Origin: Octopus sinensis
Taxonomy: Eukaryota
Reading direction: 5' to 3'
NCBI RefSeq assembly: GCF_006345805.1
Contig: NC_043001.1
Span: 37,014,001-37,078,000 of the forward strand
Length of the DNA: 64,000 nt
Part shown: positions 51,251-63,703 of the stretch, piece after piece
How the letters are laid out: each line of letters starts with the position of its first letter
How positions within the stretch are numbered: the stretch's first letter is position 1
The notes under the pieces: model-generated
Databases searched by the model: none
What the model saw: only the letters and a program-made list of their open reading frames with translations
Told to the model about the DNA's origin: nothing
Program-made: the position numbers and the translations under genes

Positions 51251-54040
51251 TCCTGAGATAGAAGAAAGTAGGTCTAACTACATTTGTAACACCTACCACT
51301 TAAGCTGACTGTTAATCATGATGCTGTGTGCTCTACACCGACTGTAGTCCTACTAAATCTTATGTCTGCAGTTTTTAAAATAAATTTTTTAACAGATTTC
51401 ACTACCTGCTTAAATGATGAATTGTTACCATACCATGCTCATAAAGCTGTCCTTTGTGTACTGGTGAACATCTTCATTAGCATTGCTGGGCCACTTCCTG
51501 CCTCATTCCCTTGCAAATTATTATTAGGAAGGAGAGTGATAGAAATTCTTAAGTACCAAACGAAATGTCTTCATGGTTTCTATATTCTAAGTTCAAATCC
51601 TATTAATTAAATGACCCGTGTCTCTCTCTTAACTAATTTGTGACCCTGTGTTAGTATAAAAAATCAGTATTAAATACTTTATTCTGGCTATATTATGTGG
51701 ATTAATTATACAATATTCTTTATTTCTAATGATATTCGCTTGTCAAAAACAATATTATATGCAAAAATTTGAAAATCATTAACCTATCACATTAAAAGAA
51801 AAACTACTTGTAGAGTATATTAATACTTTTAATTCAGCTTATTTAAGAAATCATACTACTTATTAAATTATTTAAAACGTTTTAAAATTTTTGTTTCAAA
51901 AGTTTTCTGTATATATCTCATTTAAGCACAGTATACTAACCCTTTTGAATGTTTTTCACAGTGACAAAACAATATATCAACTTGTTTGGTATTTTATTAA
52001 CCAATTTGATTATTCCAGCTAACAAAATATTGAAATCTAAGTTATCCAATTGTTAAAAATAAACTCCATAAAAATTTCTGAGCCAAAATAATTATATATT
52101 GAGTTGTCACTTTTATTGTTGTGATTTTAATTTGTTTAAATTGTATTTTGTGTTTTCTTCTGTTTATTTCAAATTGTTAGTTGATCTATCCATTTATCTT
52201 TCCACATGTTTGTGTACATTAATGGCTTCTAAATTTTGAAGCTGTGTCTTTGTGTTTTACTAGTTGTTGTGACCATTTCAACACTTTCACACAGCTTCTT
52301 TGTCTCCATGTCTTTGGATCTGTCACTTTCTATTTGTTATTCTTCATTGTTGTATTTGTCCACATAGTGTTCTTTATCATTAGCTTTATTCTTTTTATTG
52401 CTTTAGCAGTGTTCATAAGAGCCTGGCAGTCATTTCATTTGATTTGTAACTTTATATTCAGAATCATTGTTAAAGATGTTTTCTACTAAAACATTGAATT
52501 CATTACTTGAAGACCACCAATATCAGATTTGTTGCAATATCATTATTTAAGTTACAATGTGATCCTTTGGAAGGAGTACCAGCAACTGGTTTCTAATCAA
52601 ATTGAAGTTTCTAAAACACATACTTACGCACACAACACTCCTTCCTAACTTGATTGAAAATTATTTTAAATATATAACTATTATCTATAAAATGGTTTTG
52701 ACCATTTTCTTTCTTAGACAGCCAAATCTTAAGATTGCCATGCTGTTATGAAATCATATTACATATGATCCTTATATTATTTGCTTCTTGTATTTTGTTG
52801 ATTTTTATGCTTTCCTTTATTTATTTATTTATTTTTTTAAATAGTACAATTGTCCATAATACAATGTTTTCATTTTTTGTATTAAAAAAATCATCAATTT
52901 GTCATTTTTCTTTGTATGCTTAACTTGCTCAGTGATTGACAGCAAGGTAAATGTTCACTGCTCCCTAAAGCAGCTTTTCTTCTGGTATTTTATCAACTTA
53001 GCTTAGCTGTCTCCTTAACTTAAGATTTCTTCACTATTGTAATCCTTGAACACATTCATTCAAGTTAGCTCTGGGGCAACGAGAAAAATATCTTGCAGCC
53101 AGTAGCACTTATTTTAGCAGCTTGTTCTCGTCAATGGAATATTAAAATAATTAGTACAAAAATATTAAGGTAACCTTGATCAGAACTGATTCAAAAGCAA
53201 ACTCTTGTCTTTTATATATTATAATATATATATGACTATTTGACCCCTCTTGAATGCAACCATTTAAATATATATATATTACTATTTCTAATCTTCATTT
53301 ACTTTGACAAGTTTTGTCGTCGTGACAATACGAAATTGAAAACTGATTTCCATTCTCTTTTGAGAAAAATCACTTCAATATTCATGAATATATCCGCACC
53401 TCATCACTCGTTTTTTTTTTTTATTCTTAGTTATCATTTCATTCCTTTTTTTTTATCATGAAAATAGTGTGGATTTTTAAAAAGAATTATACTAAACATT
53501 TCTACCTGTTTAAAACCTCAAACTGTGTTTGGCAATGTATATAGTTGAAATGCATGTTAAGCTAAGGTATAAAAGTCTAGAAAAAATCTTTTAGTGGTTC
53601 ACTATTTTTGTTTTGTTATTACTCGACATACCTAATGAACCTCTCTTCTTGAGCACTGCAGAGGAATCTAAGTTGAATTAGTATTTTAACTGGACTTTAA
53701 GATGTTGTGATAAATACCTTACTATTTCCATTCTGTATAAATACATATTCCATTAATGCTGCACAGTGGATCTCGATAAATTTAATAATCTGTAATTCCT
53801 TAACGCTGCTTGGATCTTGAGTTATTAATTAAATTCTGTGCACTAATATGACGCTGCAAGGATTGTATAAATGAGGGGAAATCTTCACAAGTCCCAAGTT
53901 ATCCTCCTGTTACTTTAGTCACTATAAATCAACTACAAGCTTCTTGTCCCATTATTCTATCTAAATTTTAACTGCCACTATGACATTCCTTCCCTGTTGT
54001 GCCATGAAGGAATATCTTCATGTTTGTTACTTCTTTTCAG

Positions 54041-54117
54041 TGACAATGGACGATGTTGAAGCGCAACAGGATTTTGATGATTTTTTCGAGGAGGTATTTT
54101 GTGAAATAGAGGACAAG
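54041..54117 (+). CDS. U2AF1: U2AF35 exon 4a (77 nt), alternative UHM helix A
   Basis: TTCTTTTCAG acceptor, GTAACC donor; xTMDDVEAQQDFDDFFEEVFCEIEDK; phase 1/0. Confidence 0.9.
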
Positions 54118-54873
54118 GTAACCCTCCTTTCTTGCTTTCCTTTCAGCGCTAGCACAGGACAAACAAACAATTATTTTGCAATGTTTTTTTTTCTCATTGT
54201 TCTTGCTCTAAATATTTCAGTCCAGAATTTGTGTCATGGAAACAAGATATTCTTTGCAAAAATATTTAAATTAAATATATATCATTCATTTCCTTCCTTT
54301 CCTTATTGTTTCCATGTTGTAAATTTTGGGATTTCTATTACCAGAGAATGGTGATAGTTAGTACTTTTGGCTGATATAAAAAAATTTTTTCTTTTTTATT
54401 CTGTTTTCTAATTAATAACCTTTCAAATCATGCTTTACAACTTTTACAGCCAGTACATCATTTTCACCATTCTCTGGTAAAAATATTTTTCAAATAACTC
54501 ATTTTTATTTTCATTTGCAGATAAACATTGGATTATTTGATCAGTTTGAGTGGAAATGATATTTCTTATTGTAATCATTCTAAAGATTGCAATAAAGCAC
54601 TTGTTTCACATTATTTTGTAATAAAAATACTTAAACAATTCATAATACCATTTCCACTCATCTAGCCTACATTTTTCAGTCCAAACTAATGCACTTCATT
54701 TTACAGCTTTTGTTTCCTTCTTACATTATTTTTCAGTTTGTTGACTTGAAGCTGTTAAAATAGTTATTTTGTACTCTAATTCCTAGTGTAGTGCTCCTCC
54801 TAGCCTGTTGGTTATAGGTATTATAATTGTTATCCCACTATTCTATATCTGCTGGTGCTCTGTTTTCGTTTAG

Positions 54874-54947
54874 TCCAAATGGGAGAGCTTGAGATCCAAC
54901 AGCACTATGATGAATTCTTTGAAGAGGTTTATGTAGAAATGGAAAAG
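54874..54947 (+). CDS. U2AF1: U2AF35 exon 4b (74 nt), alternative UHM helix A
   Basis: TGTTTTCGTTTAG acceptor, GTAACC donor; xQMGELEIQQHYDEFFEEVYVEMEK; phase 1/0, paralogous to exon 4a. Confidence 0.9.
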
Positions 54948-57900
54948 GTAACCTTGTTTTTCTGTTGCAATATTAAGCTTTGATGTTGCTGCCACAAACA
55001 ATAATTACTAATAAATTTAAGTTTGTTTTCAAAATTAATCTAAAAAAAATACTGTTGTATTTTGTTTTTGATCTTGACTAACCTTTGATGCTGATGACTT
55101 ATACTAACAGCTTCACTAAAACTTCTTTGATATTTATTACCATTTAATTACTGTTAAACTAAGCACTAGTACACATGCTATTTAAGTTCTGATTTGTACT
55201 AATCTGTATGAATGTTTCTTTTTCTGTAGTAACTTCCATTAATATGTTAATAATTATGAAGCACATGATAGCAAATTCAAACCTTATTTTAGCCATCATA
55301 TTGTGTCCCCCTGGGCAAATATATGTGCTTCAGCTGAGTTGAAAAGCTCCATTCCTACTTTATTAGGACTGATGTTTTTGCTGTTAATAGAAACTAGTCC
55401 AACAGTGTGAAAATGTTCAAATTTGTAAATCCATGCTACAAAGAGGAAGATGGATGCTTAAAAATTTGACAATAATTATGTAAGGTTAATGTTAAAAATT
55501 AAGATTCTTTTCAAGTCTAAATAAAAATTTGGTCATAGCTTGTGTGTGCACATGTCAGTCTTCATAAATGAGCAAGTGTAAAAATAAAACATTGAGAGAG
55601 CCAGATGGGCTCCGACTCTTACCTAGCTTTGTTAATTTTTTTGGTTTATTACTGTTTGTGTATATTTTTGATTGTGTATTCTTTGAAAATTCTTTATTAA
55701 TATTTAGTGTTTATAACACTAAATTTATCTTTTTTGTCAGTATATTTTTAAAGTTTTTCATGTCCTCTCAGGACAAGGCCTATTATTTTATGAAATGGTT
55801 ACAATGTCTTTGTTCATTTCTAAATGTTAACATTCTCTCTACTGTTAGTTTATAGTTTTGTCTGCTAGTACATTGTTCCATAATGTATTGAAGACATAAG
55901 AATTCAATTATGTCAAAATGTAAAGTTATAGTCTTATATATGTGTATATTGCTCTACAATTTCTGAATAGTATTTTGGTCAAACTTTGTTTATTTGGAAA
56001 TAAGATATTAAGTTATTGATTAGTACTGCTATTTTTATGATCTAGCGATAAATAATCTGAAAATATAGACAATATTATTGGTTTTGTGGTAGTTTATAAT
56101 TTACAAATGTCTACCCTAAATGTTGACTATTACTTTGAAGTTTTATTTATCTAAAAGCAGTTTTTTAACATTCTTTTTCTTCATTACTCACAATTCTATT
56201 TAGTCAATGCTTAAGCAATATTGCTGACCTGTTCTAGCATATATGAGTACACCAATGTGTGTGTATCAGTGGATAAATACCTATTAAAATGAAAGACAAA
56301 GTTCTTATCACACAAGTTAATGGAATCAAACTGTTTGTTTAATTAGAATAGCACTTTTCTTTAAAATGATACTTTCTATTAGCTTATTTTGTATAGTTGA
56401 TGTATAATAATACAGCTTTGATTATAAATTTTGTTTTCTAACTGAAGCGCAAGGGCAATGCTTGAAAATGATGGCATTCAGATTGTGTTCTAATGCTTGA
56501 TATTTTAAGCATCAATAATTAAAATGTCATGCTTTTGATAGATTTTAATAAAGAAATAGTTCTCATTACTTTATTATAATGAATCTAATTTTTTTTATTG
56601 CTTCATTTCTGCTTGTATCGATAATGACTCTTGATATCTAACAACAAACTAAAAAAAATTAAATATACTTTTGCTGTTGGACCAGGGCTTTGCATATTCT
56701 TAACTTCTCATTTCCTGTAACTTTTGTATTTATATTTATAAATATTTTCACTTTTGTATATGTTTATTTGAATTATGAGCCATAGGAATAAATTCAGAAA
56801 TTCATCTTAAATTCATACAGAGGATGTTCTAGATAATTTTCTTATGAGAACGTCTATTTCATGACTATTATGAAAGGTGTAACTGTTGAATGTAACCAAC
56901 ATTAGCTGGACTATTCTTGCTTGTATCTGCTTGACAAATATACAATCAGTATTTTGTCATAGTTGCAAAGCTGCAATTTCATTATGAATAAGTCATGCAA
57001 TAATTTTATTTTGATATACATCTCATGGCATTCTGTTAAAGATGAGTTTAGTTCAATTACTGCCAATATATTGATTCTTTATCAAGCATGTTGCAGTAAC
57101 AGACAAGATTAGTCCTATTCTCCATGTCTTATAATTTTGAAATAATTTTCTCTTTTGCTAATTTTTGCCATTCTGTTACCTGATACGTGTCTTCTTTCTG
57201 TTTTGAAGCACTGTATTGTGTACTTGGAATCAGTTTCCATTTTCCAGTTCATAATTTCCTCAACAATGTTTTCTTAAAATATTCCTGAACATTAGTGCCA
57301 AGTTTTCCTAAACAGTTTAGACTGGGCACTTTTTGTTGTTGTTTTTTAGACATCTAAGGGAACTTAAAATGCCAATTTCCTGATGATTATACTCCAGTTT
57401 GAATCATATATAAGCATTTAAAAATTTATAGCTTATGGAATGACAAATTTTTTTACTATTTTGATTTCTAATTTAAATTTCCTACTGAGACAATTTTTAC
57501 CTAAACTTACATTTTCTGAAAGATGATCTTGCTTCAAATTGTTACTTCATAGAAGCTTATCATACTGAGGATTGTTTTCAGAGTTATATGAAGATGTCAC
57601 AAGAAAGTAAATTTGTCCTAAAATATATAGGACCTTTTGAAAATTTATTTCCAAATATATTTAGAAAGTTATTTCTAGTAGAAATCAAAAAATATTGTAG
57701 TTTTCTATCATAATGTAGCACCTCAAAGTCTCCTGCTCAAATCAAACCACTTTTGAGTGTGTTTTGGCATATATAACTACTTTGTGGTACTTGGTTACAT
57801 CTCTTTATAGTGGAAACCCTGTCCAATATCACTTTGCCCATCACTTTGTTCTGGTTGCTAAAACAAACTAAAGAATTATTTAAAAATATCATTGTCAGTC

Positions 57901-58681
57901 ATCCATGATGAAACAAATTATTTTTTTTTTCCAAATATCTTTTACAGTTATTTTAATTAGAAAAAAAAATCTTTAAAATCATGTTGAAAGTATCAGCATG
58001 CAACAAGACTAATCTAAAAAAAATTGCTTTGATGATGTACTAAATGTATTTCACCAGAACATTTTTGTTGATTGATTGAAGTCTTTGTGCCAGACTTTTG
58101 ACCACAAAGGAGTGCTTATTATGCTTCACTTATGTTCTAATTCCTGGAATATTGTCTTTTGTCAATTCAGCTACTAAATGTGCTGTTGTGATTTTATATC
58201 AAATATTCAAGTAAAATTCAAATTTTAGTGCATGAACTGATGTCAAACATAAAATGAGCAAATGTTTAAAGTTGGCTTGCTCAATCAACATGCTACATAT
58301 ACAAGATTTTAATTGGTTCGGCTAATGTTCATATATAAATTTATCAATACATATATTGGCATTTTGTTCCCTTTAGTCTATGTTCTTAACTGTTTTTATC
58401 TGTCAATATTCTAAAGTAACTGTATGCAACCAATTAAAAATATTGAAATAATCTCATGATAATAACCGTTTGAGTTAATTTCATAAAGCATTAAAACTTG
58501 TAAGAAGCAATTGTAAATTATGTCAATCTCTACATTTTGATATGTAAGAAAGTCTCAAGTTAATGACATTAAGAAGTTTGGTTTCATATAGTGTCTTTTT
58601 TTTCTTTTTGATATTTAAATTGTTGACTATAATGTAATGTCTTTTGTGTTTGTTAATGAAAATATTCCCCCTTTTTTATAG

Positions 58682-58753
58682 TATGGTGAAATAGAAGAGA
58701 TGAATGTATGCGATAACCTGGGTGATCATCTTGTTGGCAATGTATATGTTAAG
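58682..58753 (+). CDS. U2AF1: U2AF35 exon 5 (72 nt)
   Basis: [24 protein letters not shown] with TAG acceptor and GTAAGC donor. Confidence 0.98.
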
Positions 58754-59786
58754 GTAAGCTTTTTTTTTTTCCATAAGAATTTTAGTTTTGTAGGTTTAAT
58801 ATTTGCTTTGTATATCACATACTCTATATCCATTCATACAATCTAAATGTTTTATTTACATTCTAGCAAAATGTTAATTCTCTCTAGACCAGCCTTTTTA
58901 ATGGGTTTGATAAAGAGATTGCAAAGTAAGGTGTTAACTGTTCTAACCAACCATGTATGTTTTTATTTCTACCTCACTGTTTTTGCATATCTTTCTTGCA
59001 AGTTCCTATCAGTGCAAGGAGTCCTATGAAATGGAAAATGGAATATTTTGAAATAAACTACTGAGAGAGAGAGATTTAAAAATTTTTTGAAGCTTAAGGC
59101 AAATAGGGTTACTTGAAATGTGCGCATTACTATGGCAACAGTCTGGATACTTATTGATCAGGCCTCGTATTTGATTTAATATCAAGCATAAAGTTTTCTG
59201 GGGGAAATATTTCTGTATATGTTTAGTTTGCCTTATTTACTGCATCCAGTATCTGAAAGAAATTGTGTTATTATCCAGCTGTAAAAAAACCTTTCCAATA
59301 CTGACCTCCTGTGTGTGTGTGTGTGTGCGATGTAAAAAGCACTAAGTCCATTCTGCTGAGTGGTTGGTGTTAGGAAAGGGATCCCGTTGTAAAAATCCAC
59401 AAATCCAGTGCAGGCTTTAGCCTGGCTAGCTCCTAGCATGGAACATGGACGTTAAATTATGTAGCTTTGTGAATCCATTATTTTAGTTCTTCATCTAACC
59501 AATAGCTCACCTAGCATGTAAGCTGCATATCTCAGTTATTAAACCATTTTTTTTATTGATTTAATAAATAAAATTTACTTCTTAGTTTATAGCAGTTTTT
59601 AGGTTACCAAATCTAGCATAACTAAACAACTTTACAAAATTCATTTTTTTCACGCTACTGGAAAATTTTAATTAATCATGTAAATGAACAGAATTTGGAG
59701 TTATTGATCTGGTTACTTGATAATCATTTTCCCTATTTTCTGGTTATGTGAAAAATTGTAAATGTTTTAAATCTGTCTGAAAGTGT

Positions 59787-59945
59787 TCCACTACACTCAC
59801 GGAGTGGTTGGCGTTAGGAAGGGCATCCAGCTGTAGAAACACTGCCAGATCAGACTGGGCCTGATGCAGCCTTCTGGCTTCACAGACCCCAGTTGAACCG
59901 TCCAACCCATGCTAGCATGGAAAGCAGACGCTAAATGATGATGAT
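59787..59945 (+). mobile_element. SINE family C 3' part, ending about 60 nt upstream of the exon 6 acceptor
   Basis: Close match to 24790-24965, with (GAT)n tail. Confidence 0.85.
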
Positions 59946-60006
59946 TCATTAATCCAGTCACTATTTGAGAAAGTTAGTGCTATACTTCTTAATCATTTCA
60001 TTTCAG

Positions 60007-60140
60007 TTTCGTTATGAAGAAGATGCTGAAAAGGCTGTTAAAGATTTAAATAATCGTTGGTTTAATGGCCGCCCAATTCATGCAGAATTATCTCCAGTCA
60101 CTGACTTTAGGGAAGCTTGTTGCCGTCAATATGAAATGGG
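60007..60140 (+). CDS. U2AF1: U2AF35 exon 6 (134 nt), UHM RWF motif and start of zinc finger 2
   Basis: FRYEEDAEKAVKDLNNRWFNGRPIHAELSPVTDFREACCRQYEM(G). Confidence 0.98.
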
Positions 60141-60224
60141 GTAAGGTAGCTTAAATATCTTCATATTTAATATTTGTTATTTTGCTCATTAGCTGGTTTT
60201 AATCAAGTGGTTTTATTTTTTCAG

Positions 60225-60323
60225 AGAGTGCACTCGTGGAGGATTTTGCAATTTTATGCATTTGAAACCTATTTCTCGTGAACTTCGCAGAGAATTATAT
60301 GGTAGAACTCGGCGCCGGCGAAA
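60225..60323 (+). CDS. U2AF1: U2AF35 exon 7 (99 nt)
   Basis: [32 protein letters not shown]; CAG acceptor and GTAAGT donor. Confidence 0.98.
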
Positions 60324-60422
60324 GTAAGTTGAAATTTACACAGCTTTTTTTTTTTTTTTTTTGTTTAAAATGTCGGCACTTAACTTGTAAGCTAATTTTT
60401 CTTGTGTAATGTTTCCCCACAG

Positions 60423-60603
60423 GTCAAGATCCCGTTCACCTCCAACACGCCGTAGCAGGAGTCGCAGCCGAAGCCAAGAGCAACCACGTCGTGGCAATAG
60501 AAGTCGTAGCCGAGAAAGGAGACGATCCCGTTCAAGAAGTCGAGAAAGGAATCAAAGGCGATCTCGTTCTAGAGAGAGAGAAGGCCGAAGTGGACGTTTT
60601 TAA
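60423..60603 (+). CDS. U2AF1: U2AF35 exon 8, RS domain and stop
   Basis: CCCCACAG acceptor; SRSRSPPTRR...REREGRSGRF*, ending in the conserved RSGRF. Full protein is 252-255 aa depending on isoform. Confidence 0.97.
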
Positions 60604-60671
60604 CTTTATCATGCACCATAGCCATGCAACTGTAAAATGTTTTCTATTTTCATCATTTTCATTCAAAAGTC

Positions 60672-60730
60672 AATAAAATACATTCACAGAAATTAATTAA
60701 TTTTATTTTTCAAGTACACATACTAATAAA
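60672..60730. terminator. Interleaved polyadenylation signals of U2AF1 (+) and ETHE1 (-)
   Basis: AATAAA on + at 60672-60677 and 60725-60730; AATAAA on - at 60702-60707. Confidence 0.6.
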
Positions 60731-60752
60731 ATATAAATATATAATGGCTGTT

Positions 60753-60805
60753 TTAAGGCAGGTCTGGTTGAAGTCCACACAATAAGTTAGCAGGTAATGC
60801 TTTGT
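60753..60805 (-). CDS. ETHE1: Persulfide dioxygenase ETHE1, last exon (53 nt)
   Basis: TTTTTCAG acceptor; (D)KALPANLLCGLQPDLP* aligns to human DFAVPANMRCGVQ. Confidence 0.93.
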
Positions 60806-61012
60806 CTGAAAAAGAAACAAATACAGAATGGTGAAGAAAACTAAACTCAAAAAGGAATGTTGAATTAGACATTTCAGTTAAACTGCTTCTGGAGCAATAG
60901 ATTTAATTGCAATAGCTGAGTTTCTAAGATAGCACTTACAAGAGAATTTTTAGCAATTTAAGATAGATTTAGTTTTAACCTCAACAATTAGTATAATACA
61001 AATGGAGCTCAC

Positions 61013-61129
61013 CAATTTGATTTGGGTATGGTAGTTTCAGATTGGCCATAATTTCCAAAAATTCTTCCTTTGTTCGTCTTAAACGAGGGTTCAATTGTTT
61101 TTCTTCGTCAATAGTACTAACTGTATTTC
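61013..61129 (-). CDS. ETHE1: ETHE1 penultimate exon (117 nt)
   Basis: (G)[38 protein letters not shown]; TAG acceptor and GTGAGC donor. Confidence 0.96.
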
Positions 61130-61638
61130 CTAAAAAGTAATTGTAAAACTATCACAAGAGGTGCATATTTTTATCAATATTGAACGTGTATTGTTGAACA
61201 ATGCAAATTAGCTGGGAGCGGGTGCACAAGACAAAGGAATTCTGTGAAGCAGTGTACTAGAAAGATGACAAAGTGCCAAGCAATCCATATGAAAGGAACC
61301 TAAAGATGATAAAGAGCTGTTACAAATGGTAAGATGTGGTGCTAAGACCCATGCAAGCATAGGCAAACATGTAAATTAGTAATTTACAGATGGTTTTTCT
61401 TTCAAAAAGGTGAATTCCAGAGAATTTATATTTTTATCCTTACTCTTTTTAAACCCTTTTGAGAGACGGTGTTTTGGTATATGTAGCTGAAAATACCAAA
61501 ATTTTTTTCCATTGAGATCTATTGATTAGCCATTACACTTCAAAACCAACCATTCACATTTGTTGCAGCAGGTCGATGGATCAGCCTCAAAGTCTTTTCA
61601 GTTTGTATCAATCAGCCTGGGTATCCCAAGAGGGTTAA

Positions 61639-61854
61639 CCCTTTCATTACTGTATTTATTTTGAGATACTCTGTGTTTCTTTCAATTACTTATAATGAAG
61701 AATTTAGTAAAATAACTTAGTTATCATTCAGCTAGTGTTAGGAACATAAATTATGAATAAGGTTTGGTGGAACATTTTAATTCAAAGCTTATGAAACCAA
61801 GACATTTGTACAACAGAGCCAGAGGTGGTTTCAGCCAGGTTGGTATCAAAAGGG
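61639..61854. mobile_element. piggyBac MITE in an ETHE1 intron
   Basis: TTAA|CCCTTT...AAAGGG|TTAA; right end nearly identical to that of 42841-44120. Confidence 0.75.
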
Positions 61855-61887
61855 TTAATGTATCCTAAAGGCTATGATGAAACTTAC

Positions 61888-61977
61888 CTGTGTAATCATG
61901 TGCTGGATAGATTCGGTAGTGACCTGGAAGACTGAATATTTCTCGATGAACAGATTCATAAAGCGTTTCTGAACAAC
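61888..61977 (-). CDS. ETHE1: ETHE1 exon (90 nt)
   Basis: (G)[29 protein letters not shown](G) contains the YPAHDY motif; TAG acceptor and GTAAGT donor. Confidence 0.97.
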
Positions 61978-62691
61978 CTAAATGAAAAAGGGTATAAATT
62001 CATTTCTTTTAATAGCTTCTTGACATTACGGGTTCCAATTAAGAACATTTCTGTGTGTGTGTACACTTAGGAAGTTAGAGGTATATAAAAACAAGACAAA
62101 GAATGCATAAATTTTAATTGGAGTAAGAACTTAACATTACTGACTGATTAAAACAGCATTGAAAATTATTAATAGGTATCAGGATTAATTTATAGAATTG
62201 AGAATTTAGCTTAAGTGCAGATGTTGAGTTTGCTTCACAACCACATAGTTCTGGGTTTAATCAACCCTGTATACCTTAATAATAATAATCCCTTCTACTA
62301 AAGGTACAAGGCCTGAAATTTTGGGGGAGGGAGTAAGTCAATTACATCAACCCCAAAAGGATGAAAGTTTACCTCAGCGGAATTTGAACCCAGACAATGC
62401 ATATGTAGTCTATTGTGTTACACTACTCCGATATAAAGTATTGAACTTCAAAAACATTATATTCACACTTTACTGACTTTGATATTGTTTAAACGCTTGA
62501 GTTGTATATCTCTGAAAATGGTGCCTTTATAAACCATGGTTTCAATTATACTGGTGCAAAGCTCCAGTGTCTAGCATTGAAACAACAGAATAAGTGGCAC
62601 TTATTCATTTGGTTTTTTTTTTTTTTTACAATAATTTCTGGAAAATTTGGTGGTATTTAAACTCGTCACTAAAGCACCACAATATATATTT

Positions 62692-62888
62692 CTTTACTAC
62701 CCACAAGGGGACAAATGGATTAAGTCGATTATATCGACCCCAGTGCATAACTGGCACTTAATTTATCGACCCCGAAAGGATGAAAGGCAAAGTCGACCAC
62801 GGCGGAATTTGAACCCAGAACGTAACGGCAGACGAAATACAGCTACGCACTTCGCCGGCATGCTAACGTTTCTGCCAGCTCGCCGCCT
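62692..62888 (-). mobile_element. SINE family A copy with an 18-bp target-site duplication
   Basis: GCACCACAATATATATTT at 62674-62691 and 62889-62906. Confidence 0.9.
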
Positions 62889-63703
62889 GCACCACAATAT
62901 ATATTTTCTGACACTTTTTGCCTGCCATTCATTGACAGCAGAAATAATTGCTTGTAACACAGCAGGTGTAAAGCCTAAAATTTGAGAGGAAGGGTTAGGT
63001 TACTAACTAGTTGACTCCAAAAGGCGAAGTTGACCTCAGCAGGATTTGAACTCAGAATGGAAAGAGCTGGAAGAATTACCACAAGTCATTTTATTCGACA
63101 CTCTAATGATTCTGCCAGTCTGACAGGTTTAAAAGAAAGAAAATAATAATACAACAACAAACATGTAATTAACAACAAAACAATTTGTATCTTCACTTCA
63201 GTTTTTGAGGTCATCATGACATTGATAAATATTTAGGACGAAAATATGTGAAACAAACCCTTGTTAACATTTTACTAAGTGTAGAATAACTGGATCTTTT
63301 CAGTTTGAACGGCAGCTTTTTCTAGCAGTGTCATGTGAAATTGTCACCCATAATTATGACCCTAGTATCGATCTATTGCATTTCAATCTGTTTTAGGGGT
63401 GGGGGGAGGGTATCTTTTTTTTTTTCAAAAATGTAAATAAACCCAATCTGTTTCTTAAACGAGGGACATATTCATATGACACAATGTTTTCACCTCAATA
63501 GACGTCATTGATTGGTTGAAATTGAAGAAAAAAAGCAACAAATATCTTACAAACTATAGAATTTTCTCAATAAAGCCAAGAGAAAAAGATGTTTTATAAA
63601 CACATTCTACCAGTATACGAAGTTTAAAAGTGTTTAGTTAGGTGGAAATTATTTAAAAAAAAACTGCCATTCAAACTGAAAAGATCCGAATAACTCAAAT
63701 TAC

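Noticed and set aside
53980-54354. 124-aa single-exon ORF
   Set aside because: Only the central 77 nt (exon 4a) are coding; the rest is intronic read-through.
55090-55195. TGATGA...CTGA pair suggesting an intronic C/D snoRNA
   Set aside because: No terminal stem or recognisable rRNA/snRNA guide; such motifs are frequent by chance in AT-rich DNA.
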